Below, piece after piece: positions 39,925-49,491 of a DNA stretch of 64,000 nucleotides. Numbering within the stretch: the first letter of the stretch is position 1; each line of letters opens with the position of its first letter. The DNA lies in IMG/VR virus record IMGVR_UViG_3300025000_000053, positions 124,001 through 188,000 of that record; one strand, 5' to 3'. The notes beneath the pieces are model-generated. The model did not search any database and was not told the DNA's origin. It saw only the letters and a list, made by a program, of their open reading frames with translations. The position numbers were made by a program, and so were the translations under genes.

Positions 39925-41295
39925 TTAGTTAATATTTCTTAAAATTGTAATAATTCTTTCTGCTTCAATTCTATCACTATTTTTTTCTTCTTCACTTAAA
40001 TTTTCATAGCAGGTATCTATTTGTCTAGCCCATCTTTCAACAAATTCTTGAGGTATAGTAAGTGATCCATTTTCATTTGTAATACACTTAGTAAATAAAT
40101 ATTCCATCCAACCTGACCACATTTGATGACATAAATCAGATAATGTTTCTTTTATTTTATATAAATTTTCTGTCATTTCATCAAAATTAATTTTATTAAC
40201 AATATTATTTTCTTTCATATCACCATTTAAAAATTTAATAATATTACTATAAATTTTACACTTTTCTAACTCTTTTAGTTGAAAAGAAATTTCTCTCTTT
40301 TCTTCTATTAATTTAATAATTCTTTCTCTTTCTTCTGTAGCACCCTTCTCTTTATTTAGTTGAGCCAATTGTTCTAATGTATCAATACGTTGTTTCTCAC
40401 ACCAATTAGGTTCTGAATCAGGCAAAAAGTCTATCATCCTTTTCATTTCCTCTATTTTTTCTTGTTCTAATTTAATTAAATCTTTAATTTGAATTAATTC
40501 AATACCTGTATCTTTTAATAAGTTAATAGCTTCAATATCATTATAAAGTTCATCATATATAACTCTTTTAATACCTTTATGAATAATCATTTTAGCACAT
40601 AAAAAACATGGTGAACAATTAACAAACAAGTCGGCATCACGTGCATTATCACCAGCTTTATCTAAAGCTTGAAATTCAGCATGTACTGAATTACAAATAT
40701 CTGCTCTAGTGCCAGAAGGTATATTTTCTTTTTTTCTTCTACATATATCTTTACAATTAATAGTGTAATTATAGGCTTCTGCAATAATCTCATTATTTTT
40801 TACAATAACACAACCAACTTTTCTACTTAAACATGTGGAATTTGTAGATAATTTATAACATTTTTCCATATATTCACTATATTTAAATTTTATTAGAGTA
40901 CTTTGTTTCCGATGTAAATAACAATCTAGTTCTTTTGGTTTATGAATACCAGCACAATCCATTTGATGTAACTGAAAACAATTTTCACATTCTTTATATA
41001 ATGAGGTGTCGTCTAAAAAACATTTTATTTTTATAGGACCATCAAAAATATCACCTTCTCTATTAACAAAAATTCCTATACATTGATGTGTTTTAAAAAA
41101 GTCACAATTATCACATTTTCCTGTTACAAAAAATGTTTTAGTAATTTCCATTTTTTTATCTTTCATACATTCAACTCCTTTAGATTTTTCATAAATAGAA
41201 CCATACTTATTAATATAAAAACCAAAACAAGGATAAGATTTATATCTACACCCCAAACATTTTTCTATTAAATTGTATTCTCTTATATCATCCAT
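39925..41295 (-). CDS. dCMP deaminase-family protein with a Cys-rich N-terminus and an RyR-like C-terminal domain
   Basis: CLSRKVGCVIV, HAE, PCFLC; multiple CxxC at the N-terminus; LSDLCHQMW...YENLSEEEKNSDR at the C-terminus. Confidence 0.8.
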   Translation of the reverse strand: MDDIREYNLIEKCLGCRYKSYPCFGFYINKYGSIYEKSKGVECMKDKKMEITKTFFVTGKCDNCDFFKTHQCIGIFVNREGDIFDGPIKIKCFLDDTSLYKECENCFQLHQMDCAGIHKPKELDCYLHRKQSTLIKFKYSEYMEKCYKLSTNSTCLSRKVGCVIVKNNEIIAEAYNYTINCKDICRRKKENIPSGTRADICNSVHAEFQALDKAGDNARDADLFVNCSPCFLCAKMIIHKGIKRVIYDELYNDIEAINLLKDTGIELIQIKDLIKLEQEKIEEMKRMIDFLPDSEPNWCEKQRIDTLEQLAQLNKEKGATEERERIIKLIEEKREISFQLKELEKCKIYSNIIKFLNGDMKENNIVNKINFDEMTENLYKIKETLSDLCHQMWSGWMEYLFTKCITNENGSLTIPQEFVERWARQIDTCYENLSEEEKNSDRIEAERIITILRNIN

Positions 41296-41321
41296 TTTAT
41301 TTTCATCCCTTATAATAATAT

Positions 41322-42077
41322 TTAAGTAATTTTAATATCATGAATATAACTGGTATAGTCCACATTAAATTTCTTATTAATAACTTGAATAATCTTTTCT
41401 GTTATTTCTTCTTTATTTGACATTTCATCCTTATTAACTTCAGACATACAATCAATTCTTTCCCATCCACATAATTGAATAACGGTTTCTTTTATTCTGT
41501 TTAAAGCATATTGATGATCTTTCTTTTCATGAATATCATTTATATCTTTAATATTTTCTCCACTACGATTTTCTAAATTTTTTATAACTTTTCTTATATT
41601 AACATCTAGAAATATAACTAAATCAGGTTTTGGTAATTTAAATACTCCGTATTCAATATAATGAATCCAATCAGCATATGAAAATATATCACTTACTATA
41701 CCATTTAATTGTAAATTAGCAGACATATGTAGTATATTTGAAGTTGTATATCTATCACAAATTATATTCATACCTTCTTGTAATTTTTCATAATAACTCT
41801 TAGTATTATTTTTTTTATTGAATAAAGTATATATTCTGTCTACAGTATAAAAACTAGAAGCTTGTTTTATATAAGATAACACATCTAATCCATCATTCTT
41901 ATTAAAATTACCTTCTAAATATTTCTTAACTAAGTAAGATGAATTATCTTCATAATTAGGAAATGATAATAGTTTAGTTTCAACTGATAAGAAATTTAAT
42001 AAATTAGTTAATAATTTAGATTGGGTTTCTTTCCCCGACCCATCAACACCTTCAATAACAATTAGTTTACCTTTCAT
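41322..42077 (-). CDS. tmk: Thymidylate (dNMP) kinase
   Basis: IVIEGVDGSGKETQ, ICDRYTTS, PDLVIFLD. Confidence 0.9.
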   Translation of the reverse strand: MKGKLIVIEGVDGSGKETQSKLLTNLLNFLSVETKLLSFPNYEDNSSYLVKKYLEGNFNKNDGLDVLSYIKQASSFYTVDRIYTLFNKKNNTKSYYEKLQEGMNIICDRYTTSNILHMSANLQLNGIVSDIFSYADWIHYIEYGVFKLPKPDLVIFLDVNIRKVIKNLENRSGENIKDINDIHEKKDHQYALNRIKETVIQLCGWERIDCMSEVNKDEMSNKEEITEKIIQVINKKFNVDYTSYIHDIKIT

Positions 42078-42191
42078 TTTTTTACCTCCTTTTTTATAAA
42101 AAAATAATTATAATATAGTTACCAAAAAAATTAAAAATTACTATTAAAGTAATTTTTAATTTTAATAATATAATGATTTGAGTATATTAAT

Positions 42192-42491
42192 TTACACTAA
42201 AATACTCAGTCTATTTAATTTATTTAAATTTATATTATATTCAACTATAAAATATCTATAAAAATTATCCTGATCGTGTGTTTCTTTATTTATTAGTGCT
42301 TTTCTTATAAAATCTAAAGCCTCTTCTTTAGTTTCAAATAGTTTTGGATTATAATTATTAGTTTTTGTTCTGAAGTCCAATTTATTATTATTATTATATA
42401 AAGTAGTTTGTAGTATTTTACATATAGAAAAACTAATAACCGGAAAACCTTCAGTGTAAAATATCTGTTCAATCATATAATAATTATCCAT
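42192..42491 (-). CDS. Hypothetical protein
   Basis: 99 aa ORF. Confidence 0.5.
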   Translation of the reverse strand: MDNYYMIEQIFYTEGFPVISFSICKILQTTLYNNNNKLDFRTKTNNYNPKLFETKEEALDFIRKALINKETHDQDNFYRYFIVEYNINLNKLNRLSILV

Positions 42492-42505
42492 TATTTATTT
42501 ACTCC

Positions 42506-42961
42506 TTATTTATAATTTTTAAATAAATCAGATATGTTGGTTTTAAAAATAGATAAGATAAATTCCTTAATATTCAAAAGAATATTAAGTTTTTTTCGTT
42601 TATTAATCTTTATTAATAGTTTAATTACTTTATTAATGTTTTCTCTATCTTTTTTAGATAAGGATAAATAATCACTTATTAATGAAAGATTACTAATAGT
42701 ATCTGTTATTCTACATGTAAATTCTTCTATTGTATTATTAACAACAAATAATTCTTCTGATGTAAGTATAAATTCATCAAATTCATTTAAAACTAATTCA
42801 CTAAATGTATTTATTAATCTCATTATTTCTTTCTTATCTGATATTTTATTAATACTAAATTCATTTATATTCTTTAAAAGAATATATTTAATAATGAAAT
42901 TTCTATCTTCCGATATAGCTATAGTCCTTTTTTTACTATCTTTAAGTACATATAGTTTCAT
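42506..42961 (-). CDS. Hypothetical protein
   Basis: 151 aa ORF; N-terminus loosely resembles 36032-36538. Confidence 0.55.
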   Translation of the reverse strand: MKLYVLKDSKKRTIAISEDRNFIIKYILLKNINEFSINKISDKKEIMRLINTFSELVLNEFDEFILTSEELFVVNNTIEEFTCRITDTISNLSLISDYLSLSKKDRENINKVIKLLIKINKRKKLNILLNIKEFILSIFKTNISDLFKNYK

Positions 42962-43015
42962 AATTTATCAAACCTTTAATTTTATTAGAAATTTTTTTCA
43001 TTATAAACATCCCCT

Positions 43016-43624
43016 TTATTTACTTATAATATTGGATAAGATGGAATTATTTACAGTCAAATTTATTTTATTACACAAATTAGAAAGTTTTTCATAATCT
43101 TTCTCTTTAACTAATTTAACTTTTATAACAAATTTATCATTTTCTTCATCATAATAAAGAAAATCATATGATAATATTGTGGCTGATAAATGTTCCTTAG
43201 TGATTAATTCAATAGAATTATATATAAAATCAACATTGAATATACTTTGTAAATAGTTTTCTAAAAATATTATTTGAGCTTTATCTAAGAACTTTACATT
43301 TACAGGATATTCTATTACTATATCATTAATTGTTAATGATATTTCATCACCATTTTCAAATTTATAAATATAAAAATACTCTTCTGTTATACTATTAATT
43401 ATGTCTTTTATAAAGTTATCAAAATTAAGTACATAAAAAGTTTTAAATTCTATTATTTTTTTAATTAACTTATTAATATCTTTATTTTCTTGTATATACT
43501 GATGTAACTCTTTAAAACTTACATTCCTTATTGGTTGTCTTTCTATTTGCTCTTTCTCTAATAAAGTTATAGTCTTTTCAGCTAACCAGTTTAAAAATAC
43601 TTTTTTAATTTTTAACATTTTCAT
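43016..43624 (-). CDS. Hypothetical protein
   Basis: 202 aa, coupled to the upstream ORF. Confidence 0.6.
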   Translation of the reverse strand: MKMLKIKKVFLNWLAEKTITLLEKEQIERQPIRNVSFKELHQYIQENKDINKLIKKIIEFKTFYVLNFDNFIKDIINSITEEYFYIYKFENGDEISLTINDIVIEYPVNVKFLDKAQIIFLENYLQSIFNVDFIYNSIELITKEHLSATILSYDFLYYDEENDKFVIKVKLVKEKDYEKLSNLCNKINLTVNNSILSNIISK

Positions 43625-44207
43625 CAGTCTCCTTTTTTACTTTATTTATTATAATATCATTTATACTAGAGTCATATTTAGATATTAAATCATAAAATTC
43701 ACTTATTTGTTTAAACTTAAATGGTATTATTATTTCAATATCCTTATCTATTTCTATTCTTATTGGTTCTGATATTAAATCATATTCTTCATATATAGGT
43801 CGTTTATTAGATACACGTAAATCTTCACTTAGTAAATTAGAAATAAAGTTTTTAATATAACTTAATAAATGGAGTTGTTCTATATTATTAAATACTTTAA
43901 TATCAAATAAGCATTTTGGTATAATAAAATTAACATTAATACTATAAGTAATTATACCAAATCTAGATATGTTTTTATTTATTTCCATGTTATTAATTTT
44001 ATATTGAATAATTTCTTTAATTATATTAATATTGATTTTTGTAGTATCAATTTTTGTTAATAAATGATTTAAATATGTTATCATTTCAGATAAATCTCTT
44101 TTTTCAATTCTATTAATAATAAGATTATTCATATTACTAAGTAATAGTTCTTTTTCTGTTAGTTCTTTTGAATCACTAATTGGTTTTAATCCTTCTTTAA
44201 TAATCAT
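43605..44207 (-). CDS. Hypothetical protein
   Basis: 200 aa; RBS GGAG. Confidence 0.6.
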   Translation of the reverse strand: MIIKEGLKPISDSKELTEKELLLSNMNNLIINRIEKRDLSEMITYLNHLLTKIDTTKININIIKEIIQYKINNMEINKNISRFGIITYSINVNFIIPKCLFDIKVFNNIEQLHLLSYIKNFISNLLSEDLRVSNKRPIYEEYDLISEPIRIEIDKDIEIIIPFKFKQISEFYDLISKYDSSINDIIINKVKKETDENVKN

Positions 44208-44222
44208 TTATCATATCTCCTT

Positions 44223-44768
44223 TTATAAATTTTCATCAATAATTTTATCTAATTCATTACAATACCTAATTAAAGTAGTATTTGGTATCATATCTTCTTT
44301 AAATTTAAATAATAAAGATATTTTTATATGACCAATATAATCTAGTGATACTTGTATTAGTGATGGTTCTAATCTTAAATATCCTAACTCATATAAAAAA
44401 TCCTTATCATAAAATATATTAGATAATTTCATTTTGACATATTTATTAATAGAATTAATTTCTATAATATTAATATCCTTTATACTAATTATTAAATCCT
44501 CGTCATTAATACATATCCCATATAATATTTTTTCATTTATTAACATTTCACTTATTTGCATCTTAATCATCTTTTTAAGAATTTTATCTAGAATAATAGT
44601 TTTATTAAAATATTTATCTATTAAAAAATTAATATTATTTAAATCTTTTTTAAAGTCTTTAAGTTTCATTTTATCATCCAACTTTTGTTTAAAAGTTTCT
44701 ATAACATTATCCATTTTTCTCCTTCTATCATTTATTCCAAGTTCAATTATATTTTCCATTATCAACAT
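44223..44768 (-). CDS. Hypothetical protein
   Basis: 181 aa; RBS GGGAG. Confidence 0.6.
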   Translation of the reverse strand: MLIMENIIELGINDRRRKMDNVIETFKQKLDDKMKLKDFKKDLNNINFLIDKYFNKTIILDKILKKMIKMQISEMLINEKILYGICINDEDLIISIKDINIIEINSINKYVKMKLSNIFYDKDFLYELGYLRLEPSLIQVSLDYIGHIKISLLFKFKEDMIPNTTLIRYCNELDKIIDENL

Positions 44769-44775
44769 CTCCCTT

Positions 44776-45204
44776 TTAATGTAATATCATTATTGAACTA
44801 TATTCAATAAAGTTTAGTTTAACTAAAAATTTAATAAAATATTCTTTATTAATATAACCAACTTCTATTTCTTCTATTATACAATCACTTCCTTTATCTT
44901 TTAATATCTTATTAATTATTTCAATTGTTGGTTGTTCATTATTTACTATATAATCTCTTACTAGTATATTAATTCTATTAAGTAAGTTAATATTTAATAT
45001 ATTAGTTTCTTCATTAATTGAAAATAATATTTCTAATCCTACTAAGTAGCCTGTTGGTGTTTCTATTACTTTTATATCTTTCTCTTCACTTTTTCCTAAA
45101 TTAATAAAGAAATCTTTAATTATATTAGTCTTAATATTATATACAATCTTATTGTATATATAGTTTATTAACATATCATTACCAATTGTATTTATTATAT
45201 TCAT
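44776..45204 (-). CDS. Hypothetical protein
   Basis: 142 aa; early motif at 45268-45277. Confidence 0.6.
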   Translation of the reverse strand: MNIINTIGNDMLINYIYNKIVYNIKTNIIKDFFINLGKSEEKDIKVIETPTGYLVGLEILFSINEETNILNINLLNRINILVRDYIVNNEQPTIEIINKILKDKGSDCIIEEIEVGYINKEYFIKFLVKLNFIEYSSIMILH

Positions 45205-45281
45205 AATTATTCATTCTCCCTTTTATAAAATTATTCATTATATCTTTTATATAATGTAACTTATATAATAATATATAAATA

Positions 45282-45935
45282 AAAAATTAGTATAAGGATA
45301 AATATATTTTCTATTATGAAAATATATTTATCCTTATACTAATCTCAAGATTATTTTTACATATAAAAATAGTGTAACTCCCTCTCCGATGGATATTATC
45401 AAGGGGGCAGTAGGGTGCTTCGTTTATATTTTTACAATATGCTTCGGTAATACTAGTGAATTGGTTTATTAATATTATTATTTGTATGTTTGCGTTAATG
45501 CTCTGTTTTATTTTTTATATTAACGATAAATGTTAATATTGGGCATATCAATTGATATGCCCAATATTTTTATCAATATGCTTTGTATTATAATTTATAT
45601 GTATATAATATTATATACATATTATTATTATTTAGAACCAGTTTAGATTAAATAAATTTATCTTTATGATATGTTTATGTATAAGTTTTTTTTAAATTTA
45701 GAATTAATCTTTCAGATTAATCAATACTTTTACCCTACTGCCCTTGAGCGATTTTCAATTATTGTCTGTTCTCACAGACAATAATCTCAATCATGGCCTA
45801 CAATTCACTCGCGTGAACGCCCCCTTGATCCAAAATCGTCAATATAAATTATGTAACGACGAATCATTACAATTGTAATTTATACTAACGATTTTACACA
45901 TCTTCATATTGATAAAAACATAAAGATGCTGGATT
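45282..45935 (-). ncRNA. Candidate large structured non-coding RNA (~650 nt)
   Basis: No ORF; late-type promoter at 45935-45946; terminator at 45287-45342; GNRA hairpins on the minus strand; long-range GC-rich pairings. Confidence 0.55.
45287..45342 (-). terminator. Strong intrinsic terminator closing the ORF-free unit
   Basis: 25-bp stem TTAGTATAAGGATAAATATATTTTC / GAAAATATATTTATCCTTATACTAA, followed on the minus strand by a U-tract. Confidence 0.75.
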
Positions 45936-45976
45936 AATTATATGTTCAATTAAATTATTTTTAATTTATTAAATTT

Positions 45977-46822
45977 TTAATAAAAAATAAAACCATTAGT
46001 ATCAAATAATTTAATCATATTATTAATAAACTTTCTAGTCATTTTATCTTTTATTTCATAATTATTTTTAAAATATATAATAAAAATCATTGATAAATTT
46101 TTACTATAAGTTTCTTGTAATATTTCTCTAAAAGATTTATCTCTATTTTTAAGTGATATCTCATCCCAATTTTTTATTATTGAATATGAGTATAATCCTA
46201 ATTTTCTTTTTTTCTTAGAAAATCCAGCTAGATGTCTAGAAAATATATAATCGGTATTAATATCACTATTCATTAATTTAAAATTATCAACCAAATTAAT
46301 ATAACTATTTAAATAATAAGGTTTCTTTTTAATATTCCCTATATTAAATGTAAAAAAAATATTATTACATTGACATGTATGTTCCTTATTTAAAATAATA
46401 ACATCTTCTAATATATAATTAGGATAAAATAAGTATAATACTGATAAGAAATTATCTAAAGGTAATTCAATAATAGGTTCACCTATTTCTTTTGATTGTA
46501 AGTTTATTTTAAATAATTTCTTATATTTATTATCTTTAAATAAAGTAAAATAACGATTATTATTTAAATCAACATGACTAATCATATTATTATCTTTATT
46601 TATTATATATTTATCATTCATAAATAAATGAATAAATTCAATATCTCTTAATAAAGCATTAAATATAACATCTAAAGAAGGTAAACCATCTTTTAATGGT
46701 GTAATAGTTATTTTATTATTTTTAATTGTATAACGCCACCATGTATAAGTTCTTCTAGTTAATCTCTTATAAGTAACAACTCTGTCTAAAATTGGATGTA
46801 TAAAATTCATAATAAAAATCAC
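45977..46822 (-). CDS. Hypothetical protein
   Basis: 281 aa ORF. Confidence 0.6.
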   Translation of the reverse strand: MIFIMNFIHPILDRVVTYKRLTRRTYTWWRYTIKNNKITITPLKDGLPSLDVIFNALLRDIEFIHLFMNDKYIINKDNNMISHVDLNNNRYFTLFKDNKYKKLFKINLQSKEIGEPIIELPLDNFLSVLYLFYPNYILEDVIILNKEHTCQCNNIFFTFNIGNIKKKPYYLNSYINLVDNFKLMNSDINTDYIFSRHLAGFSKKKRKLGLYSYSIIKNWDEISLKNRDKSFREILQETYSKNLSMIFIIYFKNNYEIKDKMTRKFINNMIKLFDTNGFIFY

Positions 46823-46831
46823 CCCTTAATT

Positions 46832-47341
46832 TCATATTAATACATCTCTAGCATTTAATATGAATAAAGTATGAATAAATTGAGATACTGTTTTTCCAAG
46901 TAAGTCACAGTACATTTCTTCACCCTTCCAACAATTATTTTCATCTATATAACCTAATATATCAATTTTACCAAATTTCCTCATATATTGAAATATAGCA
47001 TGAGCACATTCATGTGTAATTACATTTATATTACATTTTTCTATAGGAATAAGTATTTCTCCAATTTTATTTAATGTAATATCTCCTTTATATATTTCTA
47101 AGTCTCTACATATTGCATCAAAATTACATTTTCTATACCCTCCAGTATTATTATAATAAACATACATTGATTCATGAGAATTAAATATAAATACTTCATA
47201 ATATTTATCATTTCTTTGCATCTGTTGTGGATATATTTTAAATATTTTAAGTAATCCATTTACATTCATCTTAATCCTCCTTTTAATATAAAAAAATAAG
47301 AACTTATTAAAAAGTTCTCTAGATTTTAAAAAGCTATTCAA
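46832..47341 (-). CDS. HExxH metallopeptidase-like protein
   Basis: VITHECAH followed by a downstream EE. Confidence 0.55.
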   Translation of the reverse strand: MNSFLKSRELFNKFLFFYIKRRIKMNVNGLLKIFKIYPQQMQRNDKYYEVFIFNSHESMYVYYNNTGGYRKCNFDAICRDLEIYKGDITLNKIGEILIPIEKCNINVITHECAHAIFQYMRKFGKIDILGYIDENNCWKGEEMYCDLLGKTVSQFIHTLFILNARDVLI

Positions 47342-47609
47342 ACAAAGATTCAGAATTTATTATTCATCTATAATAAAATTATCACATTTATTATAAATAT
47401 TATTAACTAAAATATGAAAAAAATAATATCTGTGTTTCTCACAGATATTATTTAATATAAAGTTATTCAATTTCATAACAGAAAAATATTTGATTTTTTT
47501 GTAAGAAGCTTCTCTATACAAGTTATATATGAGGATTATCAAAATATCTCTCCACAATAATCCTTTTCTTATTCTATTGAATAATATATATTTAGAAACA
47601 CTAAAAATA

Positions 47610-47903
47610 CTAAAAAAGTTTATTATTTATTTTGTAGTTTTTATTAAATATATCACTTTCCCTTTCAATAATATTTAAATACATTAATCTTTTAAAAACT
47701 CTTGATACCTCACCCCTATCTAAATCCAAAGTACGAACTATGTCAGATTGTTCTATACGTTTAAATTCATTATTATTAAGTCTCGGTATTAAATATAATA
47801 ATACTTTATAATCACTTTTAATCAAAAATGGATTTTTTGCTAAGTTCATAAAGAATTCAATATTCTTTATATTTTTTGGATCTACGCTCACCAATACCAC
47901 CAA
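47610..47903 (-). CDS. Winged-HTH DNA-binding protein
   Basis: YKVLLYL...QSDIVRTLDLDRGEVSRVFKRL..LNII. Confidence 0.75.
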   Translation of the reverse strand: MVVLVSVDPKNIKNIEFFMNLAKNPFLIKSDYKVLLYLIPRLNNNEFKRIEQSDIVRTLDLDRGEVSRVFKRLMYLNIIERESDIFNKNYKINNKLF

Positions 47904-47913
47904 CCCCTAAAAA

Positions 47914-48318
47914 TTAAAGTGATAAAATTTTTAAATAGTTTTCAAATGAATTATGGTCTAATAACAAAGCTAAGTTATCAAAATTATTATTAACAATATC
48001 TGTTAATTTCCAATCATCTATACGGACATTATAAAAAGTTCTAGAATACAACACAAAGTCAGCATATACACCTTTTTTAAGATTATTTAAAGAATTAATT
48101 CCTGTATTAAAATCATGAAATGTTAAACTATTAATATTATCATTAATTTTATGCATAGATAAAGATGTAAACCTACTAAGTAAAATATTTGCAAGTTTAT
48201 TACTACATTCAGGTATATATTTTATTTCTCGTTTACTGAGTTTCATTTCACCACTAATACATAATTGATTTTCATTACTAAAAACAACTTTAATATTTCT
48301 AATATACATTGAATTCAC
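47914..48318 (-). CDS. Hypothetical protein
   Basis: 134 aa; RBS GGAG. Confidence 0.6.
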   Translation of the reverse strand: MNSMYIRNIKVVFSNENQLCISGEMKLSKREIKYIPECSNKLANILLSRFTSLSMHKINDNINSLTFHDFNTGINSLNNLKKGVYADFVLYSRTFYNVRIDDWKLTDIVNNNFDNLALLLDHNSFENYLKILSL

Positions 48319-48330
48319 TCCTAAATTTAA

Positions 48331-48636
48331 TTATTTTTTATTTAGATATCTACAAAATAGATCATACATATCAACAACACGGTTTATACCAATATCATTA
48401 CTGTCATAAAATTCAACAGCTCTCCAAAGATCACTGATGATATTTATTTTATTATTTATTTCAGCAATTATTTCCTGAACTGCTCTAATATCATCTAAGA
48501 TGTTTTGTGAATAATTAAATGCACGAATACAATTTAATTCTTTAAGTCTATCAATTATATTTATTAAATCCTCTTTATTAACAATAATATCTTCTACCTC
48601 TTTACAATATAAATAATTATAACTTCCACCACTCAT
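48331..48636 (-). CDS. Hypothetical phage protein
   Basis: MSGGSYNYLY N-terminus; 101 aa. Confidence 0.65.
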   Translation of the reverse strand: MSGGSYNYLYCKEVEDIIVNKEDLINIIDRLKELNCIRAFNYSQNILDDIRAVQEIIAEINNKINIISDLWRAVEFYDSNDIGINRVVDMYDLFCRYLNKK

Positions 48637-48665
48637 AATTTTTTCAACCCCCTAAGTAAAATTAT

Positions 48666-49442
48666 TCATTTACATAATTTATCCTTAAATTCTTCAATAA
48701 AATCTTTTGATAAAATTTGATTATGATATATCCATTCCCATTTAACATTATCTTTAAACTCTAGTATAAAATCTTCTGATAATACTTGTTTAGAGCTTAT
48801 TAAATCCCATTTAACATTATCCTTAAATTTCCTAATAAAATCTTCAGATAAAATTTGGTAAAAACTTATGTCAATCCAATCAACCTTATCTTTAAATTCA
48901 CAAATAAATTTTTCAGATAAATTCTGATTACAACTTATTGACATCCAATCAACTTTATTTTGAAATTCTCTAATAAAGTTTTCTGATAAAATCTGACAAA
49001 AACTTATTTCAATCCAATCAACTTTATTCTTAAATTCTCGTATAAATTCTTCAGATAATTTCTGTTCTGAACTTATTGATATCCAATTAACTTTATTTTG
49101 AAATTCTCTAATAAAGTTTTCTGATAAAGTCTGATGATAACTTATTTTATTCCAATTCACTTTATATATAAATTCACGAATAAAATCTTCAGATAATTTC
49201 TGATGAGACCATATTTCAATCCAATCAACCTTATTCTTAAATTCTCGTATTAATTCCTCAGATAAAAATTGAGTACAACTTATAGCTTCCCAATCAATTT
49301 TATCATTATATTTTTTAATAAATTCTTCAGATAATTTTTTATACATAGATATATTTGCCCAATTAATTATATCTTCATTACATTCAATTATATCTATAAC
49401 AATATCATCTTTCTTAATAAGAATATCATTCATATTAAACAA
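48666..49442 (-). CDS. Tryptophan-repeat solenoid protein (10 x 23 aa)
   Basis: Consensus VDWxxISxxQxLSEEFIREFKNK; 69-bp DNA periodicity; early motif at 49479-49488. Confidence 0.85.
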   Translation of the reverse strand: MFNMNDILIKKDDIVIDIIECNEDIINWANISMYKKLSEEFIKKYNDKIDWEAISCTQFLSEELIREFKNKVDWIEIWSHQKLSEDFIREFIYKVNWNKISYHQTLSENFIREFQNKVNWISISSEQKLSEEFIREFKNKVDWIEISFCQILSENFIREFQNKVDWMSISCNQNLSEKFICEFKDKVDWIDISFYQILSEDFIRKFKDNVKWDLISSKQVLSEDFILEFKDNVKWEWIYHNQILSKDFIEEFKDKLCK

Positions 49443-49491
49443 CCACCATTCATATTTTATTTATATTTTTTCATTATAATAATATATATTT

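Noticed and set aside
45282-45946. tRNA, tmRNA, RNase P or a sixth intron in the ORF-free gap
   Set aside because: No cloverleaf, no tag ORF with tRNA-like ends, no GAGGAAAGUCC, no group I core, and no interrupted gene on either side
47360-47557. 65-aa minus-strand ORF
   Set aside because: Left uncalled: it has an early motif (47581) and an RBS-like sequence, but no recognisable features and it could be leader sequence
48666-49442. 69-bp periodic repeats as a CRISPR array
   Set aside because: Degenerate in-frame coding repeats with no repeat-spacer alternation and no cas genes
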